A stretch of 64,000 nucleotides of DNA from Tubiluchus corallicola (Eukaryota > Animalia > Priapulida), in contig JAQGDQ010000919.1 in the NCBI GenBank assembly GCA_030141605.1, forward strand, positions 16,448 through 80,447, written 5' to 3'. The notes under the pieces were generated by a model, which saw only the letters and a program-made list of their open reading frames with translations, was not told the DNA's origin and did no database searches. The position numbers were made by a program, and so were the translations under genes. This document shows positions 38,835-53,252 of this stretch, in pieces; the first letter of the stretch is position 1, and every line of letters begins with the position of its first letter.

Positions 38835-41586
38835 CATCTGCGTACTAAGTACCTTGAACTAAGGAGGAGCACATTCTAGTTCGACCATGTTTCTTTGCTT
38901 TGTTAACTTCCATAAAGTTCTGTCATTCCAACGTTGATGCGTACTTTCAAAGGGCTGGCCATCTGCGTACTAAGTACCTTGAACTAAGGAGGAGCATATT
39001 CTAGTTCGACCATGTTTCTTTGCTTTGTTAACTTCCATAAAGTTCTGTCATTCCAACGTTGATGCGTACTTTCAAAGGGCTGGCCATCTGCGTACTAAGT
39101 ACCTTGAACTAAGGAGGAGCACATTCTAGTTCGACCATGTTTCTTTGCTTTGTTAACTTCCATAAAGTTCTGTCATTCAAACGTTGATGCGTACTTTTAA
39201 AGGGCTGGCCATCTGCGTACTAAGTACCTTGAACTAAGGAGGAGCACATTCTAGTTCGACCATGTTTCTTTGCTTTGTCAACTTCCATAAAGTTCTGTCA
39301 TTCCAACGTTGATGCGTACTTTCAAAGGGCTGGCCATCTGCGTACTAAGTACCTTGAACTAAGGAGGAGCACATTCTAGTTCGACCATGTTTCTTTGCTT
39401 TGTTAACTACCATAAAGTTCTGTCATTCCAACGTTGATGCGTACTTTCAAAGGGCTGGCCATCTGCGTACTAAGTACCTTGAACTAAGGAGGAGCATATT
39501 CTAGTTCGACCATGTTTCTTTGCTTTATTAACTTCCATAAAGTTCTGTCATTCCAACGTTGATGCGTACTTTTAAAGGGCTGGCCATCTGCGTACTAAGT
39601 ACCTTGAACTAAGGAGGAGCATATTCTAGTTCGACCATGTTTCTTTGCTTTATTAACTTCCATAAAGTTCTGTCATTCCAACGTTGATGCGTACTTTTAA
39701 AGGGCTGGCCATCTGCGTACTAAGTACCTTGAACTAAGGAGGAGCATATTCTAGTTCGACCATGTTTCTTTGCTTTGTTAACTTCCATAAAGTTCTGTCA
39801 TTCCAACGTTGATGCGTACTTTCAATGGGCTGGCCATCTGCGTACTAAGTACCTTGAACTAAGGAGGAGCACATTCTAGTTCGACCATGTTTCTTTGCTT
39901 TATTAACTTCCATAAAGTTCTGTCATTCCAACGTTGATGCGTACTTTTAAAGGGCTGGCCATCTGCGTACTAAGTACCTTGAACTAAGGAGGAGCATATT
40001 CTAGTTCGACCATGTTTCTTTGCTTTATTAACTTCCATAAAGTTCTGTCATTCCAACGTTGATGCGTACTTTTAAAGGGCTGGCCATCTGCGCACTAAGT
40101 ACCTTGAACTAAGGAGGAGCATATTCTAGTTCGACCATGTTTCTTTGCTTTGTTAACTTCCATAAAGTTCTGTCATTCCAACGTTGATGCGTACTTTCAA
40201 TGGGCTGGCCATCTGCGTACTAAGTACCTTGAACTAAGGAGGAGCACATTCTAGTTCGACCATGTTTCTTTGCTTTATTAACTTCCATAAAGTTCTGTCA
40301 TTCCAACGTTGATGCGTACTTTTAAAGGGCTGGCCATCTGCGTACTAAGTACCTTGAACTAAGGAGGAGCATATTCTAGTTCGACCATGTTTCTTTGCTT
40401 TATTAACTTCCATAAAGTTCTGTCATTCAAACGTTGATGCGTACTTTTAAAGGGCTGGCCATCTGCGTACTAAGTACCTTGAACTAAGGAGGAGCACATT
40501 CTAGTTCGACCATGTTTCTTTGCTTTGTCAACTTCCATAAAGTTCTGTCATTCCAACGTTGATGCGTACTTTCAAAGGGCTGGCCATCTGCGTACTAAGT
40601 ACCTTGAACTAAGGAGGAGCACATTCTAGTTCGACCATGTTTCTTTGCTTTGTTAACTACCATAAAGTTCTGTCATTCCAACGTTGATGCGTACTTTCAA
40701 AGGGCTGGCCATCTGCGTACTAAGTACCTTGAACTAAGGAGGAGCATATTCTAGTTCGACCATGTTTCTTTGCTTTATTAACTTCCATAAAGTTCTGTCA
40801 TTCCAACGTTGATGCGTACTTTTAAAGGGCTGGCCATCTGCGTACTAAGTACCTTGAACTAAGGAGGAGCATATTCTAGTTCGACCATGTTTCTTTGCTT
40901 TATTAACTTCCATAAAGTTCTGTCATTCCAACGTTGATGCGTACTTTTAAAGGGCTGGCCATCTGCGCACTAAGTACCTTGAACTAAGGAGGAGCATATT
41001 CTAGTTCGACCATGTTTCTTTGCTTTGTTAACTTCCATAAAGTTCTGTCATTCCAACGTTGATGCGTACTTTCAATGGGCTGGCCATCTGCGTACTAAGT
41101 ACCTTGAACTAAGGAGGTGCATATTCTAGTTCGACCATGTTTCTTTGCTTTGTTAACTTCCATAAAGTTCTGTCATTCCAACGTTGATGCGTACTTTCAA
41201 TGGGCTAGCCATCTGCGTACTAAGTACCTTGAACTAAGGAGGAGCATATTCTAGTTCGACCATGTTTCTTTGCTTTGTTAACTTCCATAAAGTTCTGTCA
41301 TTCCAACGTTGATGCGTACTTTCAATGGGCTGGCTATCTGCGTACTAAGTACCTTGAACTAAGGAGGAGCATATTCTAGTTCGACCATGTTTCTTTGCTT
41401 TGTTAACTTCCATAAAGTTCTGTCATTCCAACGTTGATGCGTACTTTCAAAGGGCTGGCCATCTGCGTACTAAGTACCTTGAACTAAGGAGGAGCACATT
41501 CTAGTTCGACCATGTTTCTTTGCTTTGTTAACTTCCATAAAGTTCTGTCATTCCAACGTTGATGCGTACTTTCAAAGGGCTGGCCA
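38835..41586. repeat. 125 bp tandem array (~22 units)
   Basis: Unit CATCTGCGTACTAAGTACCTTGAACTAAGGAGGAGC...TTTCAAAGGGCTGGC; period 38835 to 38960. Confidence 0.98.
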
Positions 41587-43664
41587 CTATCTGGTAACCT
41601 TAAAGTGGAAAATGCCCAATACTGGGGACTGCATTTCTGGAAATCAAGACACTACTCTATTGACAACCGGCTTGACAAAGTTTATCCAAAGACAACTGAA
41701 AGCCATCTCTAAATGGTTGGAATAGTGAAAACACGCTAGCTTTCTGCCCACGCTCGCTTTCAGGGTCACTTACTTTTCGCCATATAATGAGCTTCACTTT
41801 CATTCGTATCTTCTCTTCATTGTTCTTTTTTCATAATGTGCTGCTGCCGACATTGCGTTGACGTATTTGATTATCGCCACTACAATATGAGCTCCGTTCT
41901 TATCTGTTTTCTTAGAAAGGTCGACTACTCAGAAGCCATCAGCATTGAATCATTGAACAGTGTAGATCTACACAACAGCAATATTGCCAACATACATTTT
42001 TTGTGCGCTGGGAGATGTGGGGGCTGGAGCATATAATGGCTTCTGTAGCGTGATTACTTCACATTGGGAATTTCCCATTTTCAAGTGCATGGCTTCACTG
42101 TCCTCGGTAGTGCGCAGTTTTACTGCGCATGTGTATTATTTGCTTTCTATAGTTGATGGCAATTGTGCTTGAAATGCATCAGCGGAGGACGTTGCAATTA
42201 ATGAATGTCGTTCCTCATTAATGCATTTTGAGATTGTTACATTTGCATCACCAGCAAAAAGCTTGATAACCCACCCAATTCATTGGCTTAAAGAAAATTG
42301 TACTTGTGACACACCACACTCCACGGGTTTCATAGATTCTAGGTTCGGCTAATGCTTCTTTTTGGTTACTTGCTTGAGAAGTCACTCTATAAAGTGGTCA
42401 ATTTCGCCGTGATGTCGGTCTCGTTTTCGTTACTCATGTAATATACTTTAGCCATGTGTGTATTGTGACGTCACACAATAGACTTACCTCCCGTATTCTA
42501 TTTTTTTACGGAAGATAATTGAATCCATAGCAACAATAAATCACGTCCTAAATGACATTCACAAAAGAACAGATTCTATGCCAACAGTAAGTGACGCTTT
42601 AAATTTGAAAGGCTCAGTAAGAAAGTAGCCCTTGTTTAGCATTTCGGACCGCAGAAGTTGAGAATTCAAGCAGTATTTATTAATCTTTTAGGTTAGGAAG
42701 AGGCTTGAGGTTAGTGGGTCAGTGGCGCGTAGGATATATTTTAATCTGTAGTTTACTACTTGCATGCTTTGCCAGAATTGCTGGATTAAGTCCTAGAGCC
42801 AGTCCCCAAGGAATCTTTGATAAGTAAACACAAGTAAACAATCCAGACATTCCACGTCTATATGCCAGACATGAGAAGGAATGCAGTCAAGGTTTAGGTA
42901 AAGCAGGCATGAACAATATATAGTTTTGTGTACATAAAGGTGGTACCATTTTTGCAGGTTTTAACCACTTAGGGTTAAGCCACGGTTTATCATGCTATAT
43001 CTGTTATAATGTAAACATCGTAGGCTAAGTTGTAAGTGTGGCTTCCCAGAGTGGAGGCTTGTTCGCCAATGGTAGTGGTTTCGGAAGCCAAACTCTCTCG
43101 ATATTTTCGCTTGATGTTAAACAGCTTACCATCTTATGTACGCTGACGACACGCGCTCGCTACTTTAGCGTGTAGTTAATGCGTGGGAAAGTACTGACTG
43201 GTGCATCAGAACTTTAACCGGTTGTTATCTAAAGTTAATCATCTACACGGTCTACAATTAGCTTAAGTAGTTAACGATACAATTAACGAATTCGCGATTA
43301 AAAAGTATCAACTGTCTTCATTTGGACGTCTACTAGTGGATAGTGCAAGCGTGCAACTTTGATAGTATCTACTACTTTAACTCTGTTTTTCGTGTGTTCT
43401 GGATGTATGTAGACTTTTCTGAGCACAGGCGGACAAACGGACGGACGGAGAGACAGCAAACGCGCGATCAAGCAGACAGACAAACAAGCACCTCAAATGC
43501 CTGAAGGTATAATTGTTGAAAACATTGATTTGATTGGATGACCTAAACCATTACATGCGGTTTTTAAAAGTGCCAATGCTCCAAATTTTACTCTGCCTAT
43601 GTCGGCACTGCCACATAAGATCATTTAATTTTTCTGTATATATCTTATATATACCTTATATAAT

Positions 43665-43704
<40 letters not shown>

Positions 43705-43979
43705 CTTTATTTGCCATTGAAAAATCGATATTCATAACTATAAAAGCATAAAAGAACATCGCAGCATGAGAATAAAATTCACACAATTGTTAAAGGCAAA
43801 TGTGTCCAGTGCAAACTAAAAACTACTATGCCAAACATTTAAAACAAAATATATATTACAATGTTACACGCAAATTATAACATATACTATATTACAATAT
43901 ACACATACAATTTAAAATGGGTGTGGGCAAATAAAATTTGCGGATGAATATATATTGTATGTAATGTAATATACCTACA

Positions 43980-44016
<37 letters not shown>

Positions 44017-44330
44017 TACATACAGCAAAATAAGGATAAAACTGAGCATGAATTGAGTGGTTAACGTTTACTTGATACAAATACTCTTCAAAGCTCTTCT
44101 GGGATTCGAACAACCTGCCTCGGTGATTTTAATATCTTGTATATCGTGACTACATCTAATCATCATGAGCAATTGTTATAACCTAAGCTCAGGTGTAGGA
44201 ACGCGACATCTTATTATACCGCCTAATTGCTGCCATGTCTTTAACTACCTGCATGGTGGGAAACATTACAATTTCTTGAATACCTCAGTGGGTTAATAAA
44301 AGCTTTGCTGTGTGCACTCGACGTTGTTAA

Positions 44331-44996
44331 AGCACAAGAAACCCTCAACTTACACAAAGCTTAAAAATTCGTATCGGAATTTTATACCACGTACATACTG
44401 TCTTTTTGCATATTAGACTTGCGTCGGCATTAATGCTGTATAAAACTTGTAAATTTAAACAGCGATGACCGTTAGACGCAGCCATTTTGACGATAAGTCA
44501 TTTGAAACAAGTTTAGATAACATTGAGTAAAGTTTGAAAAAAAATCAGAGCATTCGCTGCGCACACGTCACTAAACAAGTAAAATTTAAAATTACTGTAT
44601 CTTGTCAATAAGATTTAAAATACGTTTTTTTGTTAGTGAGTGGTGCGCCCTGGAGGGTGAGCCAGCGACATTTTACCAATTGGCACAAACATTTTAAATT
44701 TTTATTTCTAGTTACATAAGTCTTTCCAGCAGGTAAGTGAAATGCTAAGTAATATAGATTTACAATGAAACTTTTTTGGGACATAATTTAACATTTCCTT
44801 TTCTTCCCTAAATTACCTTTGCGTAGTGACGTCATGTAATGGCGCCGTCGGAACGTTGTCGCGGGAAGTTTTACATGAAAACAAACAAAAAATCCTTTCA
44901 ACACGAGTGCCATAACCGCATAAAATTACTATAAAGTAGTATAATTTTTAAGGCGATTTTTCTGAAACCTACTTCAGGTACCCCTTTTCTTGTCCT
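44331..44996 (+). mobile_element. Kolobok-like MITE, family K2 copy 2
   Basis: TTAA|AGCACAAGAAA...TTTCTTGTCCT|TTAA; appears inserted in a pogo/Tigger-like remnant ending GAGGACTTACTG|TA at ~45128. Confidence 0.82.
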
Positions 44997-45339
44997 TTAA
45001 GGCGTTAAGGGAAACCACGTACATTGTTAAAGTGAAATGCGCGTCGTTAAGTGAAAAAAGGTGTCAAATGATCGGCGACGTTAAACGAAACGTTGTTAAA
45101 CAGGGAGTCGTTAAGCGAGGACTTACTGTAATTGCTTTAAAGAGACAGTGAATGTATTCAAGGAAGACCAGACAATTGTTAATTTACTGTCCAAGATATA
45201 CATTTTCTTGCCTATAAAAGTTAACAATTGTTTCTTATATTTCAATAATTAGCTTAGAAAGTTCATTAACGGCAACCGAACACAGCCATTGCTTACGTCA
45301 GAAACTAACCAATTTTATTTACTTATTTACACTTTTATA

Positions 45340-45910
45340 AAAAGCACAGTCACCCAGTATAGTTTATTTGTTTATTCTACACTCATCACTTAAATTTAGA
45401 AAAATATAACAAAGAAATTTGCAAATAATTGCCTATAAAGCATAAATTTAAAATATGCTACTTTTGAGTAGAAATTCTCAGGCGTGGTGGTTGAAACATG
45501 ACATGAAACATTCACTTGAAACATGACATGAAACATTCACTTGAAACATGACATGAAACATTCACTTGAAACATGACGTAAGTTGGGAGACTTCGTGACT
45601 TTTCATAAGCGATATCGTGCTTTTCCGTAAGCGAGCACTGCATAAACTAATTCAATTAGCTGTATCTATTTTTTTGCAAAAACTTATGTTTTTATTGAAC
45701 GTCAGTGCGCAAATTTCGTTCACGACGAATGACGTCATTGGATGAAGAATAGACATTCAAAATGGGAGCGCCCAAGCATGAAGTGATCGTGACTTTAAAG
45801 TGATTTTACTAATTACACGAGGCGCTTATTGCAGTTTCATTACCAAATCCTTCTAACATTTTTCGCGAACATTGAAATAATCCTAACCTCCTAGAAGGCT
45901 TAACCTTTGC
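45340..45910 (+). mobile_element. Kolobok-like MITE, family K1 copy
   Basis: Shares AAGAAATTTGCAAA, AAAATGGGAGCGCCCAAG and GAGGCGCT blocks with 21698 copy; ends GCT|TTAA; left end degenerate. Confidence 0.65.
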
Positions 45911-47388
45911 TTTAACAAATGTCTAGTCCTTCCTGCTTGGCCTAATGTCATTGTTTTATTAGCATTGATTTCCACCTCCTAGAAGGCTTGACCTTTGCTT
46001 TAACAAATGTCTAGTCCTTCCTGCTTGGCCTAATGTCATTGTTTTATTAGCATTGATTTCCTCCTCTGCTTAAACTTCATTCACCTTCACATTACCTTCT
46101 CCCAGCGGACACAATGCTCCTAGACGATGCCGCTCTACCTCACAATTTTTAATGTAGGAGGATTAACCCGTGGCTGCTCTTATTGTAATTGATGGCGGAC
46201 GTCAATAGCTAAGTGGCATATAATTCAATATATCCGTGCAAGGAACAAGACATGTAAACAGATCAATGAGCTCAACATGTGGGTGATGTAGTTGTTTGTT
46301 TGTGTTTTGCGTGGATAAGACGAGGACTTGTTTGTGTAAATTCGAAAATAGCAAGCCTTAAAGGAGAAATATTAGACATGTGTGGGCTATTATGGTGACA
46401 AACAGACAAAGTCATCAAGTAATTGCTTAGTATATTTTGTTGTTGGCGCACGTGCTCTTTCGTCATTTCACTTCATATTTGAAATACATTTATTTTGCTG
46501 TTGGTGCACGTGCTCTTTCGTCATTTCACTTCATATTTGAAATGCATTGAGACGTCATTTCCCAAATTGTACATTTTATCTGGAACGAATTATAATAATC
46601 TCTTGAAATAAACTTCATTCATTTCTTATCAAAAAAATCGAAATAAAATAAATAGAATAGAAAAGCCTACATATGGCCTGAAGTTAGAGCTAAGATGTAA
46701 ACGTGTTGGTTTAAATTTTGGATAGCAATATTTGCGAGTGTTTTAGCTTGGAGATATGAAACCCTCATAGTATGTACAACGGCTGCTGACTTGTGCTTAC
46801 TGTACATTATGCAGGATAATGTTCCAGTTGCTGTTCACACGTAAAGCACCAGAGCTGGAGAGAGAGAGAGCAGAGAGTCGTAAACTTCACTAAAACCTCT
46901 ATTCTTTTACGACTCGACAGATTTTCTAGATGATCTCTCTCGGGTGCAACTATCTCTGCCCGTTTTCTTCAGTGTTCTCACATAACCAGCTTAACATAAT
47001 AAACTGAGGGCAGCAAAATAAGCAGCGATCACGGTCCACTGAAATCGCGCGTGTGCGGCGGTGTTTTGAAGTCTTGTTTGCTTCTGCACAATTACAACTA
47101 TGTCCTGTCTTCATTAGCAAGCTTGGCATCGCTTTACGGAAATGTGCAGCGAGTTAGCGAGCGCTTGTATACATTGTAAACTGGTTTCACGTGGTCTAGT
47201 TTTCGTGGCTCCCAGGTGACGCTGCTGTCGCATTTACCCTGAATCTTGCTAGCGCGAATTCGATATACGAAGCCCTGTCGTCTTATAAACCGTTTTTTTG
47301 TTTGGGCTGCTTATTTGTGGAATTGTTATCTGTCAGAAAAATTATTTCATTTTTAACTACGTTCTCACTTCTTCAAGAAGAACATTAA

Positions 47389-47935
47389 AGGAAAACCCAG
47401 CTTTCTGGGAAATTGGGGTTTACTTCAATGTCCGCAAAAAATGTTAGAAGGCTTTAGCAATAAAAGTGTGATAAGCACCTCGTGGGCAGTTAGTAAAATC
47501 ACTTTGAAGTCGCAATCATTTTGCTCTTGGGAGTTCCCACTTTGAATGCCCATTCCTCCACCAGTGACGTTGTAAGAAATGCAGCACACTGTCAATTTCC
47601 GTTGAGAGTGTAAGTTTCTACAAAAATTTTATGGTATTTTTGCATGAACATTGTGTAAGCCGCAAAATATGAATTAGTTTAAGTAGCTAGCGCTTACGGA
47701 AAGCCACAGTGTGCATATATACGCAAAGTCACAAAGTCCACCAGTTACGTCATAATTTTCAAGTGAATGGCGACTACCAGTGCACTTGAAAACTTTTTTA
47801 TATAGCGATGATATAAATTAATTTTATGATTTACGGACAGTTTTTTTTAACAAAGTTCTTTGTTACATTTTTCCAAGTTTAACTGATAACAATAAAATAA
47901 ACCAGTTACCATAAGTGTCTTATAAGCCATTTCTT
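47389..47935 (-). mobile_element. Kolobok-like MITE, family K1 inverted copy
   Basis: TTAA|AGGAAAACCCAG; reverse complement of K1 interior (AGTAAAATCACTTTGAAGTCGCAATCA). Confidence 0.65.
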
Positions 47936-49465
47936 TTAGAGGATTCTTTCCTGGGCCTTCATTTTTATGTTTATTTACTGTGTTGCTATTTCACCTGAGG
48001 TCCCTTGTGTGGAGTGATCTGTCACCTGTATTGAAAAGTAGTTTGACCTAAAAACATAATGGTAACACAGATGATGATTGGGATGTTATTTTCAGAGCAA
48101 AATGTCTGACACTTGTCGCAAGAGTAGGTTTTACTCGAGAGTTCTTATTTGGATGTTTTTGTCGCGAAGTTCATTCACCTAGTTTTGTTTGCTACCTGGC
48201 TGAGTTGTCGTAGTCGAGTAAACTTGTAAACAGGACGATGCACCTTTCACTCTGTGAATTCACCTGCGTGCTTGGCTGCCTACAGAGTTGTAAACATAGT
48301 TGGTGTGAGGGTTGTTACTCCTATTATTATTTGGAACTTGGAAATACATTAATAACTTTTCTACGCAACCTTTAACCAGTTAGAAATGGCCCTGAACGAT
48401 TATCTGGAGTACGATTAAAATCTCCCAGCAATCTGGGTCCTAGTAATTTGATCAACTACAGTTAACGATTATTGGTGCTTGGCAAAGAATATTCGTAGAA
48501 AGTTAAGTAATCATGGTACTGTTAAATTTTAGTTGGCTTTCAAAAGTTGCCATCGTGTCAGCGCTTTACATGTCATTTATATGTACACAATTTGACTGCC
48601 ACTTTGGTCCTTGTATTGTAATGTGGCATAGTGTGTGATAAGTACCTTAAAATTACTGACTGGAAATTTTTATTACATTTACAATTGTCTGAGACAGTTG
48701 CCTAGCAAGGGTATAGCTGCAGATCTGCTTATTGCTCTTCTGTTCTTGAGTTAACCCTGCAGTGTATGAGTCTGCGTGAAAGATAAACCCATAAAACAAT
48801 AAACTTTATTACCATAAAAACATTACATTCGTATATAATACAGAATTTACATGAGTGTATATAAATAAACATAAAAACGAAAAGGAACGTGTTAGTAAAT
48901 AAATGTAATAAAATTTACACAAGAAATACTGTTCTGATAAATAACACACTTGCGTCATTTTCATGATATTATGGCTGGTCAAGAACTCGCCAGACTTATA
49001 AGGCCAAATTCACTAAAATAAATAAATAAAAGACGTTCCAATAATGAAAAAAATGCACAATAAAAGTTTTTTACCATCACAAAAACATTATAATGTAATT
49101 GTCATTCATACAAAGATAAAAAGAAAGATACCCTTAAGATAAAGAGAATGAAACCAAGTACACTGTCTAGGGCTTTGAGATTTTTTAACAAAACTTGTTA
49201 CGTAAAGAGCTAAGAGCTTTGTGATAAGGTCGATGTACAATTGTTGTGAAACTGCACGTTCATAACATGTTCAAGGTTCAAGGTTCATTCACCTACTTGT
49301 TCTTATTGTACCATTGACTTGCAAGCGTGTGTTCATCACTGCCAGTGGGCTTTCACTTTTTGCTCAGGTATGTAGTCGAGTTCATTCGCCTACATTTCCC
49401 CAGAAGGTTTTTGGCCAGTCATCAGCCCACTTAGCAGTGCGTCAGTGACAGTGTTTTAGTCTTGT

Positions 49466-49480
49466 GTCGCCATCTAGCGG
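49466..49480 (-). promoter_or_regulatory. CTCF-like motif
   Basis: Minus strand CCGCTAGATGGCGAC fits the CCRSYAGRKGGCR core. Confidence 0.5.
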
Positions 49481-51617
49481 ATATTTGTAGATTTTTTTGT
49501 TTTTTTTTGCAAAAAATTTACGGAAGTCACTTTTTTACTTTGCCAGAGATTCACAACCTATTGTTAAATGTTACGAATAATAATAATTAGGGAATTCTGT
49601 TGAAGAAAATAAACTGGACAAAAATTTGGGCTAAAAAGTATGTACACAAATATGTACACTTACGTATTGAACGAAACTGCCCAATGTTACAAAAAAAATT
49701 GGAAGGTTTATTGCCGATTTTCTGATGTCTCTAAGTCGCTTGATAATTACATTAGGACTCTATTTTGTGTTCATTTTTCATGCAGTTCAACAATAGCATT
49801 TTATTGTATTTTTATTTGTTTAAACCGTTGGTACTTTTCAAGTATCAGCAGTGGACAAAAGTTTATTAGGGCTAGTATAACAAACGCTGTCACATAAAGC
49901 GAATATATAAGCGCACACGCATGGTATATATGCAATGAATTCGATATACTGTTTGTGGTGTGTTACGTTGTCTAACAAATGATTAGATAGCGGTCTACTT
50001 GTGAATATATAAGCGCTCCCGTATAGTATATATGCAATGAACTCGATATACTGTTTGTGGTGTGTTAGGTTGTTGTCTAACAAATGATTAGTCAGCGGTG
50101 TATTGCTTGAGAGGAGCTTTGGTGGACCTGTATTCAGTTTCATCCTGAGTGAAAAAAGGGCGTACACTGGCCGCTAAGTGATATACTTAAAAACTAATAG
50201 CTTCATAACGTTCCCAAATGAGAGCTATATTACTTCTTTACGATAAAGAAAAGGAAAAAACAAGTTAGGTCACTGACTGACTGTTGAACTGACTCTTATC
50301 CTGACAGTCCTACTTTCCGGAAGTCTAATATAATGTAACCTGTTTAAACTTCTTACCCATGCTAATGTGAATGTATGTAATCTGGTAAATATATGTGTAA
50401 AGAAGTCCTCACTGAATATGTACCGTTCATTCTCCTTACCGTTTGTGGTGTGTTAACGTAGTGCACATGATTGTGCATAATTTCCGCCATGTCGCGCGAA
50501 GCAAGGAAAGTTATTAAGCTTGGTTGTACTTTAAAGTAGCAATAGCATTAGATTGAAAAAAATCATTGATTTTAAATTGCAATTTAAATTATAGATGTAA
50601 ATTAATGTCATTCTTATTTTTCTAGCAGTAGTTTCTGGAAGCTAAGCAACATAATCTGTTTACGTTTGATTCCGTTTAAATTGCTTGTTAATAATTTGAA
50701 TTCACATTTTACCTGAAAGTCCGCATTCTACATGTACAATTCGTTCTTCGTACTGTTTGTGGTGTGTTAACATGGTGTACATTACATGCGTAGGACCTAA
50801 TATAATTTGAATTCACATTTACCTGAAAGTCCACATTGTACATGTACCATTCGTTATTCGTACCGTTTGTGGTGTGTTAACATAAGTGTACATTACATGC
50901 GTATGACCTATGTATAGTTTCTTTACGCCACGTTGAACCAAGAGTAAAATTAGATGTACTTTAGCATAGCCATGTCATTAAACCCATAAAAATGAAATGT
51001 CTTTTTTGGCCGAGTTTTGTTTGAGTTGATCTCAATCCAGAGAAAGTTTAATTACAACACGTGAAGAAATTGAGAAATTAAAAAAAAGGTGTGAAAAGAT
51101 GGGTTCAGGTTAGTTTACAGTTTACGCATATAGTAAATGATTAACTATATCAATCAATCAATCAATTTATTTCACTCCAGTAATACATACACAATACATC
51201 AATATACAATATTATTGAAACAAAAGAAACATAGGTAAAAAAACGTTGATGAAGTCAAATTAACCAAATAAAAGAGTTGCTGTATGACACCTTGAAAGCT
51301 TGACTTGTTAGGATGGCACAAATGAGTGAGTGAAAGAATGGTTAGGGTTAGTAGACATGATGGAATGGAAAAATAGTAACATTAGGGATAGGAAGAAGGA
51401 AGGGAGGGGAGGATGAGTGAATGAAAGAATGGTTAGGGTTGGTAGACATGATGGAATGGAAAAATAGTAAGATTAGGGATAGGAAGAAGGAAAAGAGGAG
51501 AAGAAACGATCACAGTGTATGTTTAATTTACATAGAGGTATATTAAAATAGCATTATAATTGATTGGAGGCCATATATTGTATAATAATATTATAATATA
51601 TAATATTATTATATAAC

Positions 51618-51649
<32 letters not shown>

Positions 51650-52820
51650 CTATAATAAAATATATATTATTATAGTATATATATATTATAAGTATACTGA
51701 TCAGTCTGTAAAGCACGGAACTAACCCATTCATATCTGCGTAGTGTATTTCATAAAAAATAGATGTCAAATCATTCAAGGATCAGCTATTGTAATTTTTG
51801 TTAGGTGTATTACATTTATTAGTAGATGTATTTTCTACTGCTTCGACGGTGTATAGTTTCGCACATTTCGTGTAAACGCAATACCGTGTCCTTCAGTAAC
51901 ATTTCCACTGAAGTTCATCCACCCACATAAGGAGGACAGTCACAGCTTTTGTCATAAATGTTTCACTTTCAACTGGTGTCACAGTTGTTTAGGGTTCATT
52001 CACATAGTTTCAGTCATTTGGTCAATGACCGACCTAGCTTTTAAAACTGCGCGTGAAAAGAATTGCTTTATTGCCTTTTTGTTTGCACATTTGGGTTTCT
52101 TTTCAAGTCGCTTTATTAATTGTTCCATGTACCTGAATTACTGACATTTTAAATTTAATGTAACCTCATAGTAATACTGTTACTTTTATACTTATGTACT
52201 GTACACGGAACGTTATAAATATATTGATTTTTTAGGTATAAATATAGTGCAGCTATAAATATATTGTTTTTAGGTATACTGTAGTACTGACTGCACTATA
52301 TTATACTTAAAGAAACAATATGTTTGTAATGTTCTGTCATGCTTTTTTGGGGTTGGAAAAATAAAAAAATTAAGTTAGACTAAGACCACAATAACAATCC
52401 TACATTCTAGAAGTCTAATGTAACATAATCTATTTAACAACACATTCTTTTTAAGCTGCTTGTTCATGACTTAAACATTGCAATCGCAAAAGTAATTTAA
52501 ATTAAATGAAAACTTTGTATGTGCGCCAAAGAAATCCGCACTGTTTATGTACCTGTCGTTTTGCTTACCGCTTGTGGTGTGTTAACATTACAACGTGTGC
52601 ATAATTTCTTGACGCCACGTTGAACGGTACTAATATGATAAGATCGATAAAAATCGTTGACTTAAAGCACAATTTAAATCGTGCATGTAAATCAAAGGAG
52701 GTCATTGCTGTCTTTCCAGCTGTAGGCTTTGTGAAAACCAAGTAACATAATCTGTTTACGTTTGATTCTGCTTAAACTGCTTGTTCATCATTTTGATCAA
52801 AGATCGATCAAAGTTTGGTA

Positions 52821-53252
52821 AACTATAAAGTTTGTTATGATTGTTAAATTAAATGAAATGCTTCTGCCCGAAAACCTTAATATAGCTGCCTTAGGAACTA
52901 ATGATCTGTTGAAGTCGTTATTATTCGGAAAAGATTTATTTAACTATGTTGCTAACTGTAAAATATTCCAATGCATACATGACTTTATATTATGTACTAA
53001 ACGCTTCCAGTAGTTTCTATCTGATATGAAATGCATCAGTCTTAAATATTCGTGCATTAATATTTTCTAACCGTCATTTTCTACTAATGCCTAATGTAAT
53101 CTTGTAGTAAAACTTGTCAGCTTGTGTAGTTATAGTCTATTCTTGCTGTAAATGTTTTTGTAAATAGTGTATAAAGTCTGTTGTGGTGAGGATCCTAAAT
53201 CATGTTGTTCAAACTGTCTGATCCAATCCTATAATAAATTATGTTTAAACTA
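52821..53252 (+). mobile_element. Interspersed repeat, probable LINE 3' end (copy of 10389-10802)
   Basis: Long inverted match, e.g. GTCTGTTGTGGTGAGGATCCTAAATCATGTTGTTCAAACTGTCTGATCCAATC. Confidence 0.7.

Noticed and set aside
16559-41586. CRISPR-like reading of the regular arrays
   Set aside because: Units are contiguous with no unique spacers, there are no cas genes, and the context is eukaryotic.
30955-41586. Hammerhead ribozyme satellites in the 107 and 125 bp units
   Set aside because: No CTGANGA...GAAA core on either strand of either unit.
41590-42460. Possible decayed ORF after the 125 bp array
   Set aside because: Multiple stops in the frames tried and no family motif.
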